Below, piece after piece: positions 1-12,500 of a stretch of 64,000 nt of DNA (positions are counted from its first letter, which is position 1; each line of letters begins with the position of its first letter). The notes beneath the pieces were generated by a model. The model was not told the origin of the DNA and did no database searches. It saw nothing but the letters and a program-made list of their open reading frames with translations. The stretch comes from Iphione sp. A-MEVVRFRX5. Lineage: Eukaryota. The stretch spans positions 48,050,001 to 48,114,000 of the forward strand of contig OZ320320.1 of NCBI GenBank assembly GCA_976226885.1, given 5' to 3'. Position numbers and translations under genes: made by a program.

Positions 1-149
1 GACCAAATCATGGTACTGGTTATATAAATAATCTCTGTGTGTCACTGGTTCTGTAGCTTTATAGCATGTATATTATCCCTGTATGTAACTGTTCTCTCAT
101 ACCCTAAAAGGGGGCTTTTAGAGAAATAAAATTATTGTCATAATTTTCA

Positions 150-720
150 ATCATTGTCATTGTCCCTACATGCTAAGACATTTCCCATAGGGCAGAGATC
201 TGCATCACACTGCATCACTACTATGACTTACCATAGTGAGCACTTTCTAATAAGAAGTATCATAGTAAGCATTAACTACTTGGCACAGAGGACATTCTCA
301 AATGGGATCTATAATATTAAGCTGTCACTTATAGGACCTGTTAGAGGAAGCCCTTTCCATTAAGATTTTGCAAAGTGAGGCCGCTATAGATCTATAAATA
401 TCTGCCTCAGTATACCTGTCTGTTAGGACCTGTAGTCCTCGTGAGGACATCACATGGCTAAGCAGCAATACAAAGATCTATCCCGCTGAATTTACCCTAC
501 TGGGACTTATCATGGCGAGTGCTCTCAATTAGGACCGATCAGAGTAAAACTTCCTAGAACCTGCCATAGTTAGCCCTTCTTACCGAGATTTGTCATAGCT
601 AGGCATCAGTATAGGATGTCCTAGTGAGCCTGGTCTTCAAGCGCTCATCATAGTGAGTCATCACTCCTACGTTCCCTCATGATGAGCCTCCTCTATTTGG
701 CCTCTCACCAATAGGCAATA
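150..720. repeat. Highly degenerate short-period repeat region (recurring catagtgag-like and taggacctg-like motifs)
   Basis: catagtgag, catagtaag, catggcgag, catagttag, catagtgag and catgatgag recur; taggacctg occurs twice. Confidence 0.4.
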
Positions 721-1124
721 GCTGCAGTATTTATCGTAGAGAATTACTTCAGGGTTGTAATAATACGATAATACAAAATTGCTTTATGCGCCTGTTAATG
801 TATATTCCGGATATAGGTGTAGTTCCAACTTGATAGTGGTATGGTATGTCCGCTCAGATGTTCTTGTTATTCATTTGAGACTTCTTCTTTAGGGTGAATA
901 ATTGTGAAAAACTACCTTTAGATTAAGAAACTGATGCATAAAAGTTACTTTTGTAGATTTAAATGTATGTACAGAATTCCTGTAAACTTGCTACGTAGTC
1001 GTCATTCTAATATGTTAGCAAAATAAGGAGACTTTTCTCCTTCAGCGGTTTGGAACTCGATTAGATGTAAAAGTGAAGGCAGAACGTTCACCAATGGAGG
1101 TGGGATTGTCCTCAGTCATAAGGA

Positions 1125-1460
1125 CGGTGTGAGTGCAAAGTGAGCAGCCATTAAATAGGCGTGGGGATGACATGAGTGAAGACTGATTGGTCCTTTATCA
1201 GGCATAGGAATGGCACGAGTGCAGAAATAGCAGACATAGGGATGGCATGGGTGCAGGTACACACTAAGGAAATGTTCTCCAACAGCAGGTTGGAGCTCTC
1301 TGTGTAAGAGCGAAGGTGGGGCGTTCACCATTCAAGCATAGGGACGGCATGGTGCAGAATGAATGGTCATTCTATCGGGCCTATTAACAGCATGGGTGCA
1401 GAATGAATTCATCAGGCAAAATTATGGCATGGGTGCAGAGTGAGCAGCCATTGAGCAGCA
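1125..1460. repeat. Degenerate minisatellite (ggcatgggtgcagagtgagcagccatt-like)
   Basis: About five variant copies are visible. Confidence 0.55.
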
Positions 1461-3012
1461 AATATTGCTATGGCTCAGATATAGAACGAAAGAGTTACCC
1501 GCCAATAGCTGTAGGGACAGGTTGGATATGGAATGTAGGAGGGATTAGGATGAGACAGTAACTGGTGATATGGGTTAGAGATTACTTAGGTCTAGAGAGG
1601 GGGTGATAGGTTGATAGATGTAAATATAATAAATGGCTTGAGTGTAGTTGGTCATTTGTTTGTTAATACAGCTGCGTATATGCCGAGCTATGTTACATCT
1701 ATCTGCGCAGTAGTGAACTGCGAAGTGACACGAATGCATGGTATACAACCTTAAAAGCACATTTTATTTCACTCAGTTTTACAAAAGGTGACTAGTTGAG
1801 ATCCGATTGACAGTACAGTCTGATAAACCATCGTGAATATTTTGTTATACAAATTTTCATGAATCGGCATTTAAATACAAATGTGTATTGATTACTTGGA
1901 ACCATCTTAACTGGTTTTCAGTGTTGGTGGCAGCCTCCGAGGTGCCATGAAAGCCACACCATACAGATACAGACAAGATTCTTGTATCTGAACTCTGTCA
2001 ATTCCGTGTGGATAAGGTTTTTTTTATACAAGGGAACTCTTTATTTAAATAGTATAAAATAGAATTAGTTCTAGCTAGCCAGAGACGTTCGTCTCATGGC
2101 GGAGGGTGGTGGTAGTCGGGGGGATGCTTTTGTGTCAAGGTGTCACGCTGAGCGGTTAGCGGGGTTGGCTGTATAACTCAGGCTCTCTGCAGTCCTACGC
2201 TGATTTGAGACAAAACATACATATATGTATGTGAATCTTCCCTAATTTTCATCTGAGTGAATGAATTTGTCCTAACCTATCACAGTTAATAACATCATTT
2301 ATAATGATAACCATGCACTCCTTATATGAGGAGTGTGTTTGAAGTGAGCAGAATGGGCAACTTAGGACCCAGGACTTCTGGTGATCAAGGCGGCCATATT
2401 ACATGGTTATTCTCCTTAGTAGGTTTAATATGAGTATCACAAGGGGTACATACATGTAACTACATGTATTATGTGGCATGTCTCTTCAATTTTGTGTTTT
2501 GTTCCCTTTACAGGCAAGGTGCAATCATTCAAATAATATTTTTAAAGAACCTTTCCTAACAGCAATTCCTTTGGGGTTAAGACTATTACTTGCACATATA
2601 CTGAGGAATTTACACAATGGTCCGACAGAAACAAAAGAAATTTCACCAAAGGTGCTCCACCACGCACGTTTCATGTGGGTGTTATAAATAGTATGAAGAC
2701 ACACTTAAAAATTTCCATCAGAACCTGGAGTAGTTTAAGTCTATGGAAGACTCTTAACGAGGACATTTCAGTCCCACTATATAAAAGTATGGACATTTCA
2801 TCTCCGCTTTGCATAGTAGACTCCCCGTGTTGCAGTCCATAACGAGAGCTTCCCTGCTACATAATGTTCTTTCTGTGTAACATTCTTAAACATATCGAGT
2901 CACACGGCAGCTCGAACCTGGTACCTTCTCCACTACCAGGCCTAGAGCCACGTACGTCGCGCTGCTCAGACAGGCGTCCTCCTGTGTGTAGAACCTGAGC
3001 TTTTCCTGAGGC

Positions 3013-3087
3013 TTATTCCGGGTGAATGACGCGATAGGTGAGGTTGATACGTGGTTCTCGGTCATGGTATTCCTTCGGTATCCGATG
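3013..3087 (-). CDS. ALKBH3: ALKBH3 last coding exon (HRIPKEYHDREPRINLTYRVIHPE*)
   Basis: Acceptor ...tctgtgtcag|CAT; stop TAA at 3015-3013; carries the second catalytic His and the 2OG-binding Arg. Confidence 0.95.
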   Translation of the reverse strand, partial: HRIPKEYHDREPRINLTYRVIHPE

Positions 3088-6000
3088 CTGACACAGACAG
3101 AAAAAAATGGTTAGAGGAGAATGATTTTTTTTGGTAGGAAAATACATAGAATAATAACACACACTGGCCACGCCCATAAGAAAACCAGGAATACTGCAAT
3201 AATCTATGCGAATAGTTAACACATGCAATAGATGACCTCGCGGATGACTAAGGTTTTTTTTTTTTTAGATAAAAAGCGTGTTTCATCCTCCACGTAAATA
3301 GTGAACTCACTCACTCTCTCTGTTTCAGTTCGTCTGTTTTTCTGTTTGCCTCTCTATCACACGAGTGGCTAGTTAACCACGGACTTCATCACAGTACAAG
3401 GAAATCCCTGTTTAGGAACGTACAGCGGTTTTAATCGTTAGGGCAACAGCAACATCTTCTTTTTACAGACACCCAGGGGACGTTGTACATTTATATCATA
3501 TAAACGTGTGTATACCTGCCAGTCATGCTGTGTGGCGCCCTCCATGATACAAAGGCTGGCGGAGGGCAGTGGTATCCGCACATGCTGCATGTATGTGTAG
3601 TCACCACTCTCTTCCTATAATAAATTAAAACACACCTTGCCGTCAAGAGAAAATGCTGATGCGCGCCGAACAAAGAGACATCATGATTTGCTTTTCAAAG
3701 TATATTGAACAAATTCAACAGAACAACTGAACTTGTCCTCTGCACGGCGGCTGTTATAGCAAATGATAACAGCCGTGTGGAGGATGATGACAGCTCAACA
3801 CGTCTCTTCAATCATAGCCGACAATGTAGCCGAGAACTACGATACCATACTCAATCATGTCAAAGAGATTCCATTTTCTCCCCTTGGAATGAAAGCCACA
3901 CATTGAGGTTGGTAGCTAAACGCCCTCATCTCTGAATACAATACAAACAAGCCCAGAACTAGTGTGTTTAATACCTTTGACTTCACGACAACTGACACAC
4001 ACCTACATAACACTGACCTACCATCGGTAAGTACCTAATGGTTATTGGGCGAGTAGGTTAAGGAGTGCGTTGGATTGGGGCGTAAGTTCCTAACTAAGTC
4101 AATGGGAGATAGCTGACTGAAAGCCCCTCCTCTCACCAATCATTTTCTGGTCTATCTATACTAAGATTTCACATATGGGTACACCCTTGAGTTTCCTATG
4201 ATACAACCCCCAGTTCTGAGAGAGAAATGAAATTTAGATAAAAGGCTTGCTTATGACAAAATTTGCCCAAATTAAAGAGGTGGCCCTTATTCCGGGGCCG
4301 CCGCCTACTATTCTTCTTCCTTCAATGTGTACTTCATTTATAATATGTCCCCTCACTGCATTCTTCCTGCACATCGCGATACAATCGCTCTTTTTTTCTC
4401 CATCGTTTATGATGCACATCCTCTAAAAACCTATTCTCGTCAAGTCCCATTTTTGTCATTCTTTACAAAAATACATTCCCCTAATCGTGCACTACAACTA
4501 TCATAAACTTCCATCATGATCAACTTCTTGAATAATCTCCTCCCTTCACCACATACGATCTGCTGTTAGGAAAAGAAGAAGTTTCGCTGAGGTGGAATAT
4601 AGTTATTTTTATTTAATATATTCAATATATTATTGAATTGTTTCTTGAAAGCTATGTGGTGGAGAAACCGCGTGCCTATATTTTATATTTTATACAGAAC
4701 AGACTCACTGGTGGAGGTTTCCGTCTCAGCTCAAAGTTTCGAGCGTCACCAAAAGACAGAGAGGCGATGGTTGGGTTTATGCCCAGCAATGGCTCATCAT
4801 CTGCGTGCCAGTCCACACTGTCCTTGTGGTCCCGATAGAGGTTACACAAAACTGAGTTGAAGGTCATTCCTGTCACCTCTTCCAGACGCTGTCTCAAGGT
4901 CAGCAGTAAGGGATGCCACTGTGGGATGAAAAGGGAGTGTTTTATTAGGTGTGTGCATGTGACACGTATATATACACATGACCCGCATGTGTACATGTGG
5001 GACAGACACAGATTACAGCAAACAGAACAAATAATGGATCTCAAAACGACTGGGACAGGGAGGAAAAGATGTGATAGAAGTGGGGTTGGCAAAGGTAGAC
5101 AAGATTAAAGTAGAGGGAATATAATCAGCGTGAGCAGAATCAAAAGCAGAAACAGGTAGAAATTACGCTGACTGACCAGGACCGGAAGTAGAGACATTAT
5201 TCAGGAGATTTTGATTTACAAACACAAAAGTGACGGATACAAAAAGGGAGCAACATAGAATTTATGAACAACCAAGAAGCATAGTACATTCATACAGTGG
5301 GATGACTTCAAATAGGACGTTATGATTATTAACAGGACGTTACAATGGCAATGGAATGTTATGGTTCTAACTGTGATACCCTGTTTGAAATGGGAAGTTA
5401 TAATTTGAAATAGGAGGCTCGGTGTCACAGACACTCCTTGACCAAACAAATTTGCATCCAGTCTCACACATATGCATATGTCTACATGTGCATGTCCACA
5501 CAAGTTGCTGGCAGTCCTAATCATCATCTGCTTGTCATAGCCATAAAGTTTGCTGATCCTGTTCATAGAGTCAGCAGTAATGGGGCATGTCCTGCCAACA
5601 ATAACAACAGCCGACTGTACAGTCAATGCAAACTGCTGACTTGGCGTGAGGTTTCTAGTACCCCTGAATTACTCACAGAACTGTCTGAAGAGATGAGACG
5701 GCCCTCCCAACCGTCTAGAAGAGGGTAGGAAGGATGGAGTCTATGTCAGGTTAAAAGGCAAGGATCCAGGGTCCCACAATCAGTTATCATCATGGGAAAT
5801 ATGAGATCAATAAGAAATAGGATAGACAAACTTACTACTTTTTGCAAATACGATCAGGCCTTCCAAAACTGCTCAATGATATGTTAAGAGAGACATGGCT
5901 TCATCAAAGTGATCCCATTTAATCCTCTCAGACTGAAAGTATCAACATGGTCAGGGCTTGATAGATAGGAAGACATATGTAAGAAGTTGGGAGGTGGACT

Positions 6001-9000
6001 CAGCATTGAATTAATGAACAATGGTGTAAGAATGTGATTGTTCCTCATCAATTCTGTGATAAAAGTATAGAACTATCAACTGTTTACCATTTAATCTCCC
6101 CTAGTTATTCACCAAAAGATAGGTTTTTAACACTTACATACCATTAGATGGGAATGGTATAATCCTGTCTAAAATTCTTTTTGAAAACCTGATGCCACTT
6201 AAACCTTTGCTGGAGACTTTAACAATTGCAAATTGCAATATATTACCAGTAACGTGTCACATTTACTACCAGAGAGGACAATATACTTCAATTTTTGTAT
6301 TGTAACATCAAAGATAACTATGATTTGAAGAGAAAGATGCTTCTTGGTAGGTCAGATCACAACATGATTCATATAATTCCAACTTACAAACAAAACTTAT
6401 ATGCAAACAGTTAAACTTTTTGACTACGATACAACTGAGAAACTCTTAATATGTTTTGAACTAATTGACTGGTCCACGCTGTATGACTATTCTTAAACCC
6501 TGCATATAAATACTGATCTTATAACCTGATATTTTTAACTTCCTCTGGTTGTAATTGAGTAAATGCAAAACAAATAATATTTTATCCATACAACAAACCG
6601 TAGGTGTCTAAAGATCTTAAGGTGCTTCTACATCAGAAAAAGAATGTAATACAGGAAAAGATAAGGCGAAGCTCAACAGTATACAAAAATATATAGAAAT
6701 TCACATATATGTGAAAAAAAATACAAAAGTAGACTGGAAAACCTATTTGAAAAAAATGTCTCTATAACAGCCTGGACAAGCTTAACTACCGTTATTAGTT
6801 TTGTGAAACATTTGTATGAACAGATCCACCAGATATATTTGCATATTGAACAGAGCTTCTAATGCTTGGTTTGACAAATTTGATTTAGTACAGCAAGTAA
6901 TGCAATGATAAGCAAAATTAAGGTTACAACTTATTCTAAAATTTTAAACACAGAACAAGGTATTATCCAAAGTATTAACTGTGTAAAAGTGAACAAAGCA
7001 AGTGGGCAAGATAAGCCAAGTGGTAAAATATTCAAATTGTGTAGGAACAAATAGGTGCCCTTCTGACTAATTTTTTCACCCACTGCATATCTGCATATAC
7101 AGCCAAATGATGTATAGAATACCCAACACTATCAATCATACAAAATGTGTTGAAATTTCTTGACCCATCAAACTGTAAAAACGCTGGTGAGTTCTCAAAA
7201 ATTCTATTTATCGATTTTAGTAGTGCTTTTAACACCTGCCAACAACATGTCCTGATAGAATAACTGATGTCAGTGGATGTCAAGGCTAATTTCGTCCTAC
7301 GGAGAAATGACTTCCTCACAAACAAAAAACAATATGTCAAATATAAATATCTTTTCAAATGTAATAACCACAAACGCAGATGCCCCAAAGGTTGTCTTGT
7401 CACCTATCCTATTCATACTGTACACCAGTGACTGCGGGTCAAACTCTCAACAGTTATCTGTATAAATATGCAGATGATATGGTGCTGGTTAGCCTATGCA
7501 CTAGCAATAATAATAAATATCAATGTGAAGTATAATATTTTGTTGAATGATGTAAATGTTATTTCCCTCACTTACAATCTGATATGGGGTACTTCTAATA
7601 AATCAAATGCAAAGAAAATCTTCGTTTTACAGGATAAGCTATTATAGAGGTTATTTTCTTTGGACAAACTTGCAAGTACTAACTCCTATAAAAACAAATT
7701 GGTATTTTGAATGTGATGCAACGTACTAACAGGAGGGTATAGAACCATGAGAAAGATACTGACTTTGAACATGAGGAATACTCTCAGAGAGACCTTGATC
7801 TAAATCTAAGGAAGAATGTGAAACTTAGTGTTACCACCAAACATTATAAAGTGCATTGTATTACAAGATGACTACTAATATTATTGGCAATAGTCGGAAT
7901 AAACGTACATTCCCACTTGACAGTGGCCTAGAGCCTGCAGAATTTCAAGATGATTTAATTAGATATATTTTTTGTAATGGTTAATTCACTGCCTGTCTCA
8001 GATAAGTTTAAGATATACATATTGAATATAATTTATTCGAATATGTATATGTTGCATTCAGAAATAGATAATTAATGTCAACAAACAAAAAGAGATGAAA
8101 ACCGATTTTCAGAAGGGAAACTACACATGATGTTCTCGAAATAAATTATCAAAATGTAGATGTAGTACATGTACATAATTATATACATGAGAAGATGTAC
8201 TTCAGTTCCAATGCAGATAGTATGTAGTAAGTATGGCAAATTGAAGACTGTTTCTCCTTGGAAAATGGTACACATTGAATGTTGCTGTGAAAATACTGAA
8301 ACTTTTCGATATATTTGTAATTCAGTCTCTCCCAATGTTTTCAATAACAGGTTGGTTTGGAAACATTTCTTTTATTCATCCAAATTATAAGAAGTTGTAA
8401 CGTGTCTATGTCTAGGAGAGTGCCGGTAGTTAGTAGATTTGAACAGATAAGAGAAATAAAGAACCTGGTTCACTCCAATCACATGCAATAGCTGTGCATG
8501 GGTGATCTTTCTCAAAGGTGCGAAGAGAAAGTGTCCCTTTATTTAGGAAAACATGCTTGCTTATATACTTTATGGTTACATAACAGTTGCTAAAAATAAG
8601 CAAATCTGTCTAAACAGTTGTTTGGACTCGAGTGGATTACATAATTATTATATAACTTGAGTTGAATTAAGCTACAGACTCTCTGTTAAAACCTATTGTG
8701 CTGTAGACATGTATATCGTAGTTACGTACAACACAATACCTTCTATGCAATATGATCCCCATCAAATTTTCATGTTTACATGGCTAATAAAGCTTTATTC
8801 TATTCGATATTCGATGAGGTCTTTCATAGAGGCACAACTCCTCATAGAAACATATCTAATGGACACATCGCCAAACTGACAGTCACACCAGTACTATGCA
8901 TATGTTTACCGTTTCTTTTGACAATGTCACAAAATACTGCAATCTGATTGGTTGATTCTCATTATGACATCACAAAGGATAAAAATCACGTCTGCAGTAC

Positions 9001-9525
9001 CTGTTTCTTCAGCTGTGGACAACTGACTCATTACATCAACACCGACACCCAAAATGGTATGTTGTTTACCAGATCTGCACACAGGATATTGCTCTAGTGG
9101 TAGCTTTGTGTACAAACACGTGCAAACACACCCACACACAAACTAGTTACTTGGAGTCCATTATATAAACAGGCGGAGTGCAGGGCTTGTGCATATGCTT
9201 CAGACGGACAGAAATGCATGTCCGAGACACTCAGTCAGAGTAGCAGGTAGAAGGAGAAGCAGAGGGAGAGGTAGAGAGAGAGAGACCAGATAGAGGGAGA
9301 GGAAGAGAGAGTGTGTACGTGTATGAATCATACACACCTACACACGTGAATGCATGCAGACGGACATTTTTCTTCACATCAGTCACTGATGATCATAGAA
9401 CAATATTTAAGTATCGAAAAACTGTGGTTGAAACATTCTATCATATACGACTTGTCATAGTGGCACGTGCTGTCTCTCGATTCCTTGGGGATCCAGCATT
9501 CTGTGGTCAACAATAACCGTATTTG

Positions 9526-9570
<45 letters not shown>

Positions 9571-12500
9571 ACTTATGATGCAACAGATAAAATCGCTGAT
9601 GGTTTTGAGAAATACGTCAAATGAGGCATCACGCGGAAATAAAGTGTTCATGGTTACCATCAATATCTGATAACTTTTTGTTTAGACTGTTGAATGGTAA
9701 ACCTCACCGGGGTAAACAAGAAAAAAACAGACCCGTATTTACGCACCTTGGTGTTGGCATCCTCAGTGATCCCAGAATAGCGGTACGAGCGGTCCCCAAA
9801 CCAGGCCGTCATGCGCGGCTGTAGGAAAGTTTTTCCATAACGCTGATTGGTCTTTTGTCGCCATAGCAACTCATGGAATAGGGTGTCGAACATCCAGCTG
9901 GCATCTTTTGGGTCGATCAGGTTATAAAACAAACGTATTCTGTAAGTGGACGAGAAAGAAGAATTTATCGACTATATATTTCGGCTGGTGATTTTTTTTT
10001 TTTTTATTTCTTTTATACAGAAACCTGACATCAACCTAAAGGCTGGTTTACAGCCAGGACTGTACATGCATTGTGGTCGAGGCACACTAGCAGCAATATC
10101 GCTTACTATCCTTCAATGAAAGACTTCTAAAAATTAAATTAATACCAGGCCAGAAAATTAATTATATCATTATACAATTAAAAATCAATAATTAAATGTG
10201 GTTGTCCTGAAAAAAAAGAACATTGCAAACTATATGGTGGATGTTAGTATAGTGTCTTATTGTCAGTATCTCTGTGACAAATCAATGGTATTGTCCCGCT
10301 TTTGTTTAAGGATATCTGCTTTGAAGCTTCTAAAGATGTTACGATTGTCATAATGTACTATTGTTTGATTAGTAGTGTTCCAGGCTTGTATAATGCGTTG
10401 ATGTGTACATTTGGCAATATGTCTGTTGTTTATATTAGGTGCAGAAAGAAACTTGTCCATATTATCATCTCTAAGTATATATGGTGGAATTCGTAGTATG
10501 AAATGATTCTGTATGAAGGATGGTTGTAATTTTAATGTTGCTTTGTATGCTTGTAGTAGAAGATGTAAATTTATTCTCTCCCTTACTGTCATCATATTAG
10601 AAAGTTCATGTACTATTGCAGTGGGTGTGGCCATATCCAATTTCAGTGCCCTTTTGATTCCCCTAGTCTGTAATCTTTGAATTTGTTGTAGTGTTGTCTG
10701 TGGCACCACAGACCATATAATATCCAGGTAATCAATATGTGGTAATACTAGCATTTTGTAGAGCATAAAGCTGGTTCTATTGTCTAAATATGTATTAATT
10801 AGTTTCAGTGCCGTTAACTGATAATTTATTGACTTAACCAGGTGTTGTGAGAACTTTCTATTGATTAGAGATATGAATATCCGGGAACCAAAAGACATTT
10901 TTTTGACATAAAAAGGAAATTTACTGAAAAATAGATGCTTAAGGACAGGTTTCCATGTAATTGTGTGACATGGAACGCCATGAAAAGTTCATGCCGTGTT
11001 ATTCACCCAAACCACTGAAATAGCAATGGAATTTATGGGGACTCTCGTAATAACCATCGTTCCCATTCCAAACATGGAGAGATGGAACATGGTGAAATGA
11101 GACGTCCCATGCCAAAAACACACTACATGGAATACCGCACGACACGAACACATGGGTAAACCCCCTGCTGTCATCCTATATGTCCAAAAACATACATGAA
11201 CAGTCATGAGCAATTAACAGGGAGACACGGGTATGTACATGGAAATTCAGTCCTACTTCTATGTTTTGTATCATGTTACAGGATGGTTGAAATAAAGTTG
11301 ACTCATTTTTCAAATGGAAATTACGTACAATCTCCTTACATCTACAAAGGCAATGGTCACTGACCTTGAAACACCACTGGCCGTCTGGCTAAGGTCATAC
11401 ACACCGGGTTCACTGCATGTCAAAATGGACAAAGTGTCAGGCCAAACCTTCATTGGGTTAACGGTATACACACTGATATTTGAAAAAGAGTGGTTGAAGT
11501 TCGATTTTTAAGTTTTTTTTGTCAAACTACATGTTACTGATAACATATCTTCTAGTTATTGATTAGACATCGCCTAGACTTACAGAGAATGTTAACTTCA
11601 GTAACTGGAAAGATAAGTGAGGGACAGTAATGTCTAATAGTTGGTGGGTATTTCATTAAGTAACTGTTGCGTAGAGATAACCAATGACCACATGTTAACT
11701 CTGGGTTATGTCTTGGATATGTAAATTCGTTGTTTTTTACATTCCACATTCCATTCCCATATCATGGAACTAATTTATGAACTGGCCGTTACAAGTGCAA
11801 CTGCAAGGCGCACGGTAGCGGCTTGGCTCTTCAATGCGAATAGTCAGTAGGGTGGGTACTGGTGATAGGTACTGGGTGGTGGTGGTACCGGTGAGTGCTA
11901 TTGGTGAGTAATGATGGCGGTGGTAGCAGCAGTGACTTCCTAACCACATTACATAAAAGAACCAAGCAGACTCTATCATTCCGCTTCATAACTTTTTTCA
12001 TATTTTTTTTGTTTTTCTTCATGACTTGTGTAAATGACTGTTGGAGCCACCTTGAAAGGACCGCCGACCTACTGCCGTCCCGGCGGCGACATCAAACAGT
12101 ATGGCACTGGGACCGTCATGTGTAACATCCCATCCATCACACTCTGCAACTACGGTCCATGATGGGTGTGTATTAGTCAGCACTAGAGGTGGCGGCGTAA
12201 GACATTTTCCCCGTGTGTTCTATGCTTCATGCCAAGCTTTCACGGACTAGGATACAGACAAGCCTACTGAACTATGTGCACATTTTAATCAAGTCGAAAT
12301 GAAACGTGTATATTTATATATATTCGGAAGTTTATGTGGACATGTAGAAAAACATAAGGCATGTGAGGTTAAGGTGGGAAATTCAAACTGCATAGCATAG
12401 CGGCACTTCAATGTATGGGAAAAGGTTCAGAGGAGGGTGGGTGAGTCCCTTGCTGGGTGGATCATCGGACGAAAAGAAAGCCACACAGAACGTCTGTCAT

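Noticed and set aside
2870-2970. tRNA or tRNA-derived SINE (GGTTCGAG on the - strand)
   Set aside because: The B-box is imperfect, there is no convincing A-box and no cloverleaf.
3740-3935. Hairpin plus ATGATGA...CTGA as a C/D snoRNA
   Set aside because: It is on the strand opposite the host gene, the box spacing is long and there is no terminal stem.
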